Source: Patescibacteria group bacterium
GTDB lineage: Bacteria; Patescibacteriota; Patescibacteriia; PEXW01
Direction of reading: 5' to 3'
DNA: 64,000 nt
NCBI GenBank assembly: GCA_041671325.1
Contig: JBAZBR010000001.1
Location: 415,504 to 479,503 of the forward strand
Positions 30,487-39,597 of this stretch are shown in pieces; within the stretch, counting starts at the first letter, position 1, and every line of letters starts with the position of its first letter. The position numbers were made by a program, and so were the translations under genes. The notes under the pieces are model-generated. The model did no database searches. It saw only the letters and a list, made by a program, of their open reading frames with translations, and was not told the DNA's origin.

Positions 30487-31409
30487 TGTTTTATTAAATC
30501 ATTAAAATATTGATAAGTTTTACTTAAGCCATCTTCAAATATTATTTGGGGTTCCCAGCCTAATTCATCTTTAGCTTTTTGGTAATCTAAAATACTTCTT
30601 ATTATTTCTCCAGGCATTGGTTCTTTGTGTTCAAATAAAACATCTTGGGAATGGTTCTTCTTGATTAGTTCTATAATGCCCAAAACGCTTAATTCCTTCC
30701 TAGTGCTGATATTATAGACCTCATTTTTACCATTTTCTATGGCTGCTAAAAAAGCCCTAACTACATCTTGGACATAAACATAATCCCGGGTTTGCTTGCC
30801 ATCGCCATTCACAAACAAAGTTTCTTTGGCGATTGCTCTTTTGCAGAAAATGGCAACCACTCCGGCTTCTCCATAAGGGTCTTGCCTGGGCCCATAAACA
30901 TTGGATAATCGTAATACGGTATATTGTAAATTATTCAATTTACCAAGCAATTCAAGATATTTTTCAGAAGTTAATTTTGCCAAGCCATATGGCGATTCCG
31001 GAGTTGCAAGTTCAGTTTCCTTGGCTGGTAATTCAACCCCTTCGCCGTACATGGCACCGCCGGTTGAGGCAAAAACAAATTTTTTTATACCAGTTGAAAA
31101 ACAAGTCTCTAAAAGCTTTAAAATTCCAATAATATTGATATCCGCATCATAGCTTGGTTTGCGAAGAGAATCCCTGACGCTTTTTTGAGCAGCCAGGTGA
31201 AATACTACTTCGGGTTTGAAATTTTTAATTTCTTCTTGGGTTTTATCATCACGTATATCGCCTTGATAAAAAATAGCTTTGGGATTAATAAATTCCTTTT
31301 TGCCTGTTGATAAATCATCCACAATTAAAACCTCTTCACCTTTTAAAATTAATGCGTCAACTAAATGTGAACCTATAAAACCTGCACCACCAGTAACTAA
31401 AATTTTCAT
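30483..31409 (-). CDS. galE: UDP-glucose 4-epimerase family
   Basis: GGAGFIGSH, STGGAMYG, PYGLAK, NVYGPRQDPYGEAGVV. Confidence 0.8.
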   Translation of the reverse strand: MKILVTGGAGFIGSHLVDALILKGEEVLIVDDLSTGKKEFINPKAIFYQGDIRDDKTQEEIKNFKPEVVFHLAAQKSVRDSLRKPSYDADINIIGILKLLETCFSTGIKKFVFASTGGAMYGEGVELPAKETELATPESPYGLAKLTSEKYLELLGKLNNLQYTVLRLSNVYGPRQDPYGEAGVVAIFCKRAIAKETLFVNGDGKQTRDYVYVQDVVRAFLAAIENGKNEVYNISTRKELSVLGIIELIKKNHSQDVLFEHKEPMPGEIIRSILDYQKAKDELGWEPQIIFEDGLSKTYQYFNDLIKQ

Positions 31410-31413
31410 TGAT

Positions 31414-31541
31414 GCCCCCTCTCCTGCCCTTCGACTCGCTCCGCTCGCTCAGGACATCCTCTCCCGCGTGGGGAGAGGAGGAATCCAATTACACTAAACC
31501 ACCCTCTCTCCACTGGTGGGAGAGAGTTGGAGAGAGGGGGA
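31414..31541. repeat. Composite REP-like palindromic element (CCCTCTCC/GGAGAGG type)
   Basis: Nested inverted repeats CCTCTCCC-GCGT-GGGAGAGG and CTCTCTCCAC-TG-GTGGGAGAGAG, framed by CCCCCTCTC...GAGAGGGGG; includes CCCTTCGACT...GCTCAGG. Confidence 0.7.
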
Positions 31542-31560
31542 AAATAACTAATAAAATTCA

Positions 31561-32580
31561 TCATTCTTCTGGTTGGTAAGAGATGACCCGACTGGCCTTC
31601 ATGGCTTCAATAGTCTTGGCTAAACCATCTTCCAAAGGAATTGTCGGAAACCAGCCTAATATATCTTTTGCTAATCTGATGTCTGGCGAACCTTGCTTAT
31701 GACTGTAGAGATGAGCTTCAACATGTTCAATTGTGCTAGTGCTTTGGGTCAAGGCTAAAATTTTCTCTGCGACCGTAGCTAACAACACTGGCTCAGGACT
31801 GCCTAAATTGATTGGTCCACCTTCAGTGGATTTCATCATTTTTAATATTCCATCAATCATATCAGTAAAAAAACAAAAGGTGCCCAAAGAATCTGGCTTG
31901 CCATAAATTTTTAAATTTTCACCCTTTAATGCATTTTTAACTAAATCAGGAATGAACCGCCCATCATTCAAATTCATTCTGGGTCCGTAAGTCGTAAATA
32001 TCCTCACCACCTTAGCATCGAGTTCTTTATGATTTCGATAGTTGATAGTCAAGCTTTCGGCGAACCTTTTGCCTTCGTTATAACAGCTTCTGGGACCAAT
32101 AGGATCGATAAAACCCCAATAATCTTCACGAAAAGGCTGGGAATCAACCGGCTCACCATATATGGCTGAAGAAGAAGTAAGAAGATATTTGGATTGGTAT
32201 TGAACTGCTAAATCCAAGAGATATCTGGAAGCAAAGGCGTTTGCTAATAAAGTTTCAATCGGCAGTTTGGAATATTCTTTGGGTGAAGTCGGACAGGCAA
32301 AATTATAAATTTCTTGCACGCCTTGAAAAGCCACTTTAAAAGGCCGCAATTCCGCAAACCTTTCCAAATCCAGGGGTTCGGATAAATCATGCTTGATGAA
32401 TTTAAAATTAGGTAATTGCAGGAGGTGGTTTATATTATCAATTGAACCAGAGCTAAAATTATCCACGCAAATGACTTTATCCTTTTTTACCAATTCATCG
32501 CATAAATGTGAGCCTAAAAATCCCGCGCCGCCGGCTACAAGCACATTTTTGGTTTCAAAGATGGGTCTTTTTGATGTCAT
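31561..32580 (-). CDS. UDP-glucuronate decarboxylase (UDP-xylose synthase)-like
   Basis: GGAGFLGSHLC, ACPTSP, EDYWG..PIGPRSCYNEGKR, YGPRM. Confidence 0.85.
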   Translation of the reverse strand: MTSKRPIFETKNVLVAGGAGFLGSHLCDELVKKDKVICVDNFSSGSIDNINHLLQLPNFKFIKHDLSEPLDLERFAELRPFKVAFQGVQEIYNFACPTSPKEYSKLPIETLLANAFASRYLLDLAVQYQSKYLLTSSSAIYGEPVDSQPFREDYWGFIDPIGPRSCYNEGKRFAESLTINYRNHKELDAKVVRIFTTYGPRMNLNDGRFIPDLVKNALKGENLKIYGKPDSLGTFCFFTDMIDGILKMMKSTEGGPINLGSPEPVLLATVAEKILALTQSTSTIEHVEAHLYSHKQGSPDIRLAKDILGWFPTIPLEDGLAKTIEAMKASRVISYQPEE

Positions 32581-33302
32581 ATATTTTGAGCAAAAAATGG
32601 AAGAAATCGAAATCTTAATTTTATGAGGGTTAAAAGCATTATCAAACTTGTTTTAATTAATTTGGCTGGATTTCCAACAATAACCGAGTCTGAACGGTCA
32701 AACCAATGGGTCGGGTATTCGACTATCCTGGCCTTAAAATGCCTGGCTAAAAGCAAAAGCTCAACGTCAAAAGCAGTATCATTAACTTTTGAAAAAGCCA
32801 AAATTTTCTCCAGTAATTCTTTAGTAAAAATTTTAGCCCCGCATTGGGTATCGTAATAAGGCAGCCAAAAAAGGATTTTAACTATTTTCGAAAAAATAAT
32901 GCCTGCCAATTTTCTTAAGCGAGTCCGATTTTCGACAGTTGCCCCCGGCGCCAAACGGGATGCAATCACGCCATCAGCATCCTTCATTGCAATTAGCAAT
33001 TTTTTAAATTCCTCCGGACTAGTTGAATAATCCGCATCCAAATAAGCAACAATTGTGCCTGCGGCAAGAGAAAGGCCTTTTCTAACCGCCCGCGCCTTGC
33101 CGACAGGCTCTGGAATTTCATGAACTTTAAGGTTTGGATAATTTTTCTGGAAAGATCTGGCAATTTCAACAGTCCCGTCTTTGCAGCCATTGGGCACAAC
33201 CACAAATTCAAATGAATCCTTGGGGAAAAAACTTAAATAAGCTTTTAAAGTCTTGCTTAATATTTTCTCCTCGTTATAAGCTGGAATGACAATAGAAATC
33301 AT
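32577..33302 (-). CDS. GT2, dolichyl-phosphate beta-glucosyltransferase-like
   Basis: IPAYNE, DAD, DTQCGAK, FDVELL. Confidence 0.88.
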   Translation of the reverse strand: MISIVIPAYNEEKILSKTLKAYLSFFPKDSFEFVVVPNGCKDGTVEIARSFQKNYPNLKVHEIPEPVGKARAVRKGLSLAAGTIVAYLDADYSTSPEEFKKLLIAMKDADGVIASRLAPGATVENRTRLRKLAGIIFSKIVKILFWLPYYDTQCGAKIFTKELLEKILAFSKVNDTAFDVELLLLARHFKARIVEYPTHWFDRSDSVIVGNPAKLIKTSLIMLLTLIKLRFRFLPFFAQNI

Positions 33303-33370
33303 TTGTTATTTTAAAAAACACCTCATTTTGGGTGTTTAAACTCTAACACTTTTTGTAATTTTTTGCAAGT

Positions 33371-33470
33371 TAAACTCCACCTATAAAAGGCGGTTTCGTA
33401 TAGGGACTGGTGCGGAGTAAAACCTCGCAACGTCCTGCTGTGCGGGACTGGTGCGCGGGCGAATAAACCT
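33371..33470. repeat. Two tandem degenerate GCACC/GACTGGTGCG palindromic elements
   Basis: GGGACTGGTGCG at 33403 and 33444; GACTGGTGCGCGGG recurs exactly at about 41510. Confidence 0.6.
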
Positions 33471-33479
33471 CAATATTTA

Positions 33480-33911
33480 TTAGTTATTTGAGGGTTTAAA
33501 AGCCCATTTACGGCCGGCTAAAAAATTCCAAATTAAAGCGGCGCCAACTGCTAAAGTTTTGCCCAGTAACCGGGATTGAGTCAGATGATAAACAATGCCT
33601 AAGACTAAAGTGCTTATCCCCAAACTGACAAAATTAATTAAAAGGAAAATGACTACTTGCCTTGCTACCTTGGGTTCTTTTGACTTAAAAGTCCAGTTGC
33701 GGTTAAAGGCAAAGCTGCTGGTAAAACCGCAGGCAAAAGAAATTATATTGGCGATAAGTACATGGGCTTTAAATAAGTCAATCCAGCTGGTTAAGGCAAA
33801 AAAAACTGCCCAATCTATTCCAGTGTTTAAAAATCCAATTATTACGAATTTAGAAAATTGCCGGGTTAAAGGGTGCTGCGCTATTGGGTGTTTTAATAAT
33901 TTATTAAGCAT
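33480..33911 (-). CDS. GtrA-family protein
   Basis: QFSKFVIIG, four TM segments, FNRNWTF, WNF..GRKWAF. Confidence 0.9.
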   Translation of the reverse strand: MLNKLLKHPIAQHPLTRQFSKFVIIGFLNTGIDWAVFFALTSWIDLFKAHVLIANIISFACGFTSSFAFNRNWTFKSKEPKVARQVVIFLLINFVSLGISTLVLGIVYHLTQSRLLGKTLAVGAALIWNFLAGRKWAFKPSNN

Positions 33912-33912
33912 T

Positions 33913-36051
33913 TTATTTGACCACTATACTTGCCACCCGCACCCCAGTCTTGGAATTTAAAGTATAAGCTAGGAATTTGACAATTCGTTGCTTGGTTAAA
34001 TTCCTAAAAACCCTGATTTCAGGTTTGGCGCCTTGGCCAGTACCAGTGATAATATCATCTATACCGTCAGAATTAATATCAGCGCTGGCTACATTAACTC
34101 CGCCAGTTTGTGATTTATCATATGCTAACAATTCGCTTAACAGTTTTCCTGAATCGCTGAATACCCTCACTCTTGGCGAACCTTTAATTAAACCGACGAT
34201 TATCTCAATCTTGCCATCTCCATTCACATCACCAGCCGCAATATTTAAGCCTTCTTTAATTTTTAAAGGAAAAGCTCGAAAAGAATTGGCTTGCTTGCCT
34301 TGAATGTCATAAATTGCGACTCTTGGTTCTTTGCTGGCTTTTGAAATTATAATCTCATTCTTACCATCAGCATTGACATCGCCGATGGCTAACCTGACTC
34401 CCCCACTATAACTGGAAGTAAAAGCTGAAAATTGGGAAATTAATAATCCATTCAGATCAAAAATCCTGATGTGGGCTTTACCCGTGTCTGTCCCAGTGAC
34501 TATTTCATCTTTACCGTCTGCGTTAACATCGCCAATGGCCAAGCTGACTCCGCCTTTAAAACTTTTTGCATAAGCATAAAAGCTTGTCAGTTGGTCGCCT
34601 TTTTTATCATAAACTCTGATTGTAGAATCTGCGCCCTTTTGGAAAGCGGTGACAATTTCCATTTGGCCATTGGCATCCAAATCACCTGACGCCACGACTA
34701 CGCCTTTTTGGTTTTTTGAAGAACTCGTGATAAATTGGTTTTGGATTTTTCCGGCTTTAGAATATTCCCTAACTTTAGGCGTATCTCCTGCTTGCGGACT
34801 GGTTAAAATATTAATCTTCTGATTTTGCGCGGCTTTTATCTGGACTAATAAATTTTCTATGGAAAGCCTGCCGCTGCCTAAACTATTTATATAATCAGGA
34901 TTCAAACTGCTGATATCAATGGCTTTTTCTTTTAATATATTTTCAATCTCATCAACCGTTAGGTTCGGAGCCGTAGCCTCTAATAAGGCCGCCGCACCCG
35001 CAACTAAAGGTGAGGCAACTGAAGTGCCATACCAACCGTCACTATTTGTTTCTGTGTAATTCTTGCCTGGCTGGTAAAACAAGGTGCTGTAAATATTTTC
35101 ACCTGGCGCAGAAATGTCTATACATGAGCCATAATTTGAAAAAGTCGACTTAACGTCGTTTTCTCCGACTGAAGCTACGCCAACCACTCCGGAATAACAA
35201 ACTGGGTATTGCGGATCTGTGTCTAAATCTAAATTTTCATTGCCAGCGGCCGCAATTACCAAAACCCCAGCTTTGCGGGCTGACTCAATGGTGGCAGCCA
35301 AAGTCGGGCTGGTGCCAGAACCCACAAAACTTAAATTAATAATTTTCGCTCCGGCATTAACTGCATAGGTTATGCCTTTGGCGACGGTAACCGTATCTCC
35401 CGAGCCGGTGCTGTCTAAAACTCTGACTGGCAAGATCTTTACATTCCAGGCCGTGCCAGTGCCGGCCAGCCCATTATTGCCCCTGGCTCCGATTATTCCG
35501 GCAATAACCGTACCATGGTGGATGCCGGCAGTCGTGGCGCCTTCAGTTACTTGGGGCCTGGGATCATTAGAATTTTCGATAAAATTCCAGCCATGAATAT
35601 CATCAATATAACCGTTAACATCATCATCAAGGCTGTTTGCGGAGGTTTCTTCAGGATTAAGCCAGATATTATCAGCCAAATCAGGGTTGGTGATATCCAC
35701 TCCGGAATCCAAGACTGCCACGGTTATGCTAGAGGCATCGGTTAAAGTATCCCAAGCAATAGGCGCACCGATCTTGCTTAAACCCCATTGCAGGGAATAA
35801 TCCGGATCGTTTGGAATTAAGACAGTCTTATACTTGATATTTTTTTCAACGCGCAGGGCTCCGGGTAGTTTTTTTGCGATTTTCAAGGCTTGGCTTAGAG
35901 TGGGAGCTTTTATTTTTTCTGACTTAATGTTTCCATTTTTTTGCTGGATGACAATATCATAAGCATTTGTCTTGGCTTCTGCGGGCAACACAAAAATAAA
36001 GAATCCTGTGATTACTAAGAACCCCAAAACCGGCCTTAAGTATTTTTTCAT
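33913..36051 (-). CDS. Secreted S8 subtilase with C-terminal FG-GAP-like repeats
   Basis: AVLDSG, HHGTVIAG, GTSVASP triad; repeats of A.GDVNADGK.EI. Confidence 0.9.
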   Translation of the reverse strand: MKKYLRPVLGFLVITGFFIFVLPAEAKTNAYDIVIQQKNGNIKSEKIKAPTLSQALKIAKKLPGALRVEKNIKYKTVLIPNDPDYSLQWGLSKIGAPIAWDTLTDASSITVAVLDSGVDITNPDLADNIWLNPEETSANSLDDDVNGYIDDIHGWNFIENSNDPRPQVTEGATTAGIHHGTVIAGIIGARGNNGLAGTGTAWNVKILPVRVLDSTGSGDTVTVAKGITYAVNAGAKIINLSFVGSGTSPTLAATIESARKAGVLVIAAAGNENLDLDTDPQYPVCYSGVVGVASVGENDVKSTFSNYGSCIDISAPGENIYSTLFYQPGKNYTETNSDGWYGTSVASPLVAGAAALLEATAPNLTVDEIENILKEKAIDISSLNPDYINSLGSGRLSIENLLVQIKAAQNQKINILTSPQAGDTPKVREYSKAGKIQNQFITSSSKNQKGVVVASGDLDANGQMEIVTAFQKGADSTIRVYDKKGDQLTSFYAYAKSFKGGVSLAIGDVNADGKDEIVTGTDTGKAHIRIFDLNGLLISQFSAFTSSYSGGVRLAIGDVNADGKNEIIISKASKEPRVAIYDIQGKQANSFRAFPLKIKEGLNIAAGDVNGDGKIEIIVGLIKGSPRVRVFSDSGKLLSELLAYDKSQTGGVNVASADINSDGIDDIITGTGQGAKPEIRVFRNLTKQRIVKFLAYTLNSKTGVRVASIVVK

Positions 36052-37319
36052 TTAGCTGTTACGTCTAAAGTAACGGGCAAACTTTCTTCTTTTCCATTTC
36101 TAGAAAACTGGATGGTTATTGTTGCTCTTGCGGACTGTGCTTGAATGATTTCAGCAACTGATAGCGAACCATTGATTTGCTGATCATTAATTTTTTTGAT
36201 TATATCGCCCGACTTCAAGCCAGCGCGTCCAGCCGGAGATTTTGCGCCAACCGCTGGAATATTTGCCGTATCTTCGCTGACTAAAAGCGCACCTATATCA
36301 CCAATATTGGCTGGGCTTAACAATAAGCCTTTCGCAACTTGCAAATCTAAATATTTAACGCCTAAAACGTTCCTGGTTACAGCACCCGTCTTATTGAATG
36401 AATCTAAAGCGTTGCTGATTATGTTCCCAGGAATTACCTCACCGTCTGTGCCGGTATGAATGCCGATTATCTTGCCGGCTAAGGAAAATGTCGAAACGCC
36501 AGGAATTTCTACGGTATTCTGAGTTTGGAAAAAATTGTTCAGCTTTTCGCTGCTTTCAATTAAATCAGCGCGGGTATTAACCCTTTTCATTCTTAATGAA
36601 ATCAGGCCTGTCAAAGCGACATTGATGGATTGGGTAGTGGTTTGGCGGCTAATGTCTAAAACAGTCTGAGGAACAATCAAGGCGCTTGCATCAGCAAAAT
36701 CCAAGGCTGGAAAGCCTTTGCCGCTTATTTTAAACAAGACAATATCTGATGCTGGATCTGGATAAAAAACTTTGGTCAAATATACGGTTTTATCACTGGT
36801 TATAATGGCAATTTCTTTGCTTAAATCTGGTATGGCTTTTCTGGTGGTCACGCCTATTCCGTCTTCAGTCAGTAACGTTCCAATGCCGCGGCGGTCGCCA
36901 GGCAAATAAAGCTGGTCTAATAATGCCGCGTTCTTTTTTACTGGCACTTGCCTGACATAAATTGAAACGACATTTGGAGAGAGCTTGTCAACCACCTCGG
37001 CGTAATTAGTAATGGAGCTTTCTTTCTTGGGCACAGATTTTATCACTGAAATTTCTTGGTTGGTATTCCCAATCCATTTTCCAAGCCATTGCCATTGTTC
37101 TTTACCAAACATAAAAAACATCGCCCCGACCAAACCAGCCAAAAAACTTATTATGACCGTTAAAATTAAAAAACTTGAAGAAAACCGAGTGATGTTTGGC
37201 TTGGTGATGGGCTGGGGTTCTTTCAAAAAAGCTTCCACTTCTGCTTCTTTTTCATCGTTAGCTCGATTTTTTGGAGAAGTAGGAATAGGCTTGGCTTTCA
37301 TAGTTTTTATATAAACCAC
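36048..37319 (-). CDS. Membrane-anchored trypsin-like/PDZ protein (HtrA-like, probably inactive)
   Basis: TM anchor, SDIVLFKI, PDZ (SPAGRAGLKSGDII); His and GNSGG motifs missing. Confidence 0.75.
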   Translation of the reverse strand: MVYIKTMKAKPIPTSPKNRANDEKEAEVEAFLKEPQPITKPNITRFSSSFLILTVIISFLAGLVGAMFFMFGKEQWQWLGKWIGNTNQEISVIKSVPKKESSITNYAEVVDKLSPNVVSIYVRQVPVKKNAALLDQLYLPGDRRGIGTLLTEDGIGVTTRKAIPDLSKEIAIITSDKTVYLTKVFYPDPASDIVLFKISGKGFPALDFADASALIVPQTVLDISRQTTTQSINVALTGLISLRMKRVNTRADLIESSEKLNNFFQTQNTVEIPGVSTFSLAGKIIGIHTGTDGEVIPGNIISNALDSFNKTGAVTRNVLGVKYLDLQVAKGLLLSPANIGDIGALLVSEDTANIPAVGAKSPAGRAGLKSGDIIKKINDQQINGSLSVAEIIQAQSARATITIQFSRNGKEESLPVTLDVTAK

Positions 37320-38068
37320 TTAGCAGTGGCTAATAAAAATATTAGCACGAGGGTATAAATTATTAAAGTCCATCGGCTTGCTTGCGGTTTTTCCAAAAGC
37401 TCATTCCTGTATATTTGAACGGCCAGGGTCAAGAAAACCACTAAAAAACCGGCTTTATAAATGGGTAAGATCGGAAACCAGCTTGCTAATAAGAATAATT
37501 GCACGCCAAAAACCACCAAACCAAAACTAAAGACCTTATTGATTTTTTTGGGAGCCTGGAGTAGCCTGCTTAAAAAGTATAACCAAACAAAGATCATAAC
37601 GATAAAAATAATCCCAGTTAACCAGATTGCCAGGTTTACAAAAAGACTAAAGTCAAAAATTGTCTTTAAAGCAAAAAGTAACCCAAAAACTGCAAAAATT
37701 AAAGAAAGATTTAAAAGCGCATTTGTTTGGTAGCGAGCTGGCTGGAATACAAATCGAAAAGTATTTTCCAGATAAAGGTTAGTTAAAAGCACCATACCTA
37801 AACAGATAATGACTTTAAAAAGCAGGGCTTCGGAAAACATTAAAGCGCCAAAGCTAGTTAAAATTGCGAATATTGGAAAAAAAATAAAAGTCATGAAACC
37901 TTGGGGTATATTAATTTTTTTTGTAATCAACCAAAGGGCTAAAAGCGGACCAATTAACGCTAAAACAATAAATATCCAAAATAAATTATAAAATTTAGTG
38001 GTGAAATAATAAATCAAGCCCAAATACGGGATAATGAGCGTTGGTAGTAATCTTAAGAATAAAATCAT
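37307..38068 (-). CDS. Polytopic membrane protein
   Basis: 253-aa hydrophobic ORF in operon. Confidence 0.7.
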   Translation of the reverse strand: MILFLRLLPTLIIPYLGLIYYFTTKFYNLFWIFIVLALIGPLLALWLITKKINIPQGFMTFIFFPIFAILTSFGALMFSEALLFKVIICLGMVLLTNLYLENTFRFVFQPARYQTNALLNLSLIFAVFGLLFALKTIFDFSLFVNLAIWLTGIIFIVMIFVWLYFLSRLLQAPKKINKVFSFGLVVFGVQLFLLASWFPILPIYKAGFLVVFLTLAVQIYRNELLEKPQASRWTLIIYTLVLIFLLATAKWFI

Positions 38069-38075
38069 TTTTTTA

Positions 38076-38714
38076 TTAAAAACCTAAAATTAAGTTTCTG
38101 CTTTCTAATTTGACTTGCCGAATTTCAGGAGCGACTTTTAAAATTGGCGACAGTTCCTGGGCTAATAAAATTTTCGTGGGTTCACCAATTAACCAACTGG
38201 GGACTGAAACTTGGCCAAGAAAAGTTTTTGAAACAACAAATTCTAAAGAATTTTCGGCATTTAATATTGGCTGTAAGTAGAGCCTGACGATTGCATTATT
38301 CTTTTTGGGGATTAAAAAAGAAAATTCCATTGTTTGGCTTTCTATCGTTAAATTCGGACGGCTTATCCCCAAGTGCATGCCGGCTATAGAATTTGCAAGT
38401 AGATAAGTCAAACCGCCCTCTGAAAGCCTGAAGTTTTTATTAGTAATATCGGCCTTGGACTGAATGATCAATTCTGGAAAATTCTGGCTTATTGGGCCGA
38501 CAATCCTGATTGGTTCAGGGGCCTGGTAAAAATATTTTGTAAATAATGGAATTTGCCAAAGGCCGGTTCTAGCAACTTGAATAGCAGTCCAAACAACTAA
38601 AACCAATATTATTAATTTTATTAACCTGCCAATAGTAAATTTTGGAACAGGCAAATTGATTCCGGATTTATTAGGCACGGACGACTGAGCTTTAACAGGT
38701 TCGATTCTGGCCAT
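38076..38714 (-). CDS. Membrane-anchored hypothetical protein
   Basis: Single TM followed by a beta-rich domain; start placed at ATG (MARIE). Confidence 0.65.
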   Translation of the reverse strand: MARIEPVKAQSSVPNKSGINLPVPKFTIGRLIKLIILVLVVWTAIQVARTGLWQIPLFTKYFYQAPEPIRIVGPISQNFPELIIQSKADITNKNFRLSEGGLTYLLANSIAGMHLGISRPNLTIESQTMEFSFLIPKKNNAIVRLYLQPILNAENSLEFVVSKTFLGQVSVPSWLIGEPTKILLAQELSPILKVAPEIRQVKLESRNLILGF

Positions 38715-38715
38715 A

Positions 38716-38862
38716 TTTATTCCCCTCCGCAACTAAAACAGAACCCAAAGATTAGAGTATTCGAGGGGAAGCCTCCGAAGCTTTGAGCGGAGGAGGATAA
38801 AAAGCTACGGGGAATGAACTGCTTTTTGTATCGCTGCGTTAACTCGCAGCTTGCTGTAGGAT
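38716..38862. repeat. Intergenic palindromic element(s)
   Basis: TTTATTCCCCTCCG...CGGAGGAGGATAAA with inner CCTCCGAAGCTTTGAGCGGAGG; also GCTGCG-TTAACT-CGCAGC. Confidence 0.5.
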
Positions 38863-38865
38863 AGT

Positions 38866-39480
38866 TCATTTTTCGTCTTCCTGTTTATGCGCAATTAAAC
38901 GCCGGAATTGCTCTTCGCCAATGCCTGCTTTAATTTTTTTAATCATTTCCAAAAGCTCATCCGCTGACAATTTGTCTTCGGTCTGCTTTGTTGCCTGGTT
39001 CTGCAATTTAACCAGCAAATCTTGGACTTTAACCGGGCTTCTTACGCCATTTAATTCAAGATTCACATTTGAGCCTGCGGTTTGAATAATAATGGTCCCA
39101 AACTGAAAAATTGTGGCAAAAACGCCTTTGACGCTGTAACTAATGTCTTGGATCTTATTAAAAGCTGCTTCCGAAACAACTTTATGGAAAAGTCCCTTTT
39201 GGTCAACATCAATAACCCTGTCTTTAGTAATGATAAAAGCATTTAAATGATGCAGCCAAAGGGTTCGAAATGCTAAACCTAAGCCAATTATAAATAATAA
39301 TCCAAAAATCAGACTGCCCACCCAGCCCCAACGTAATAAAAGGTAAAGGAAAAAAAAGGGTGCTATAATTAAAATCACGGAAATTAAAGTCGGGAAAAAA
39401 GAGACTATGGGCGAACGCTTGATGACCGCTAAAACCTCTTCTTCTTCTTTAACGTTTTCTAATAATCTTTTTTCAAACAT
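38866..39480 (-). CDS. bPH_2 (bacterial PH) domain membrane protein
   Basis: Two TM segments, then IITKDRVIDVDQKGLF, IQDISY, FGTIIIQTAG. Confidence 0.8.
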   Translation of the reverse strand: MFEKRLLENVKEEEEVLAVIKRSPIVSFFPTLISVILIIAPFFFLYLLLRWGWVGSLIFGLLFIIGLGLAFRTLWLHHLNAFIITKDRVIDVDQKGLFHKVVSEAAFNKIQDISYSVKGVFATIFQFGTIIIQTAGSNVNLELNGVRSPVKVQDLLVKLQNQATKQTEDKLSADELLEMIKKIKAGIGEEQFRRLIAHKQEDEK

Positions 39481-39597
39481 AATTTATATGAAAAAAAAGC
39501 GAATTGTAAAACTATTGTGGATTATCATCGTAATTATCGGGACCTTAAGTATGATATTTTTTACCATGCTCGGCATGTTTGGCATGGGGCAGACATT

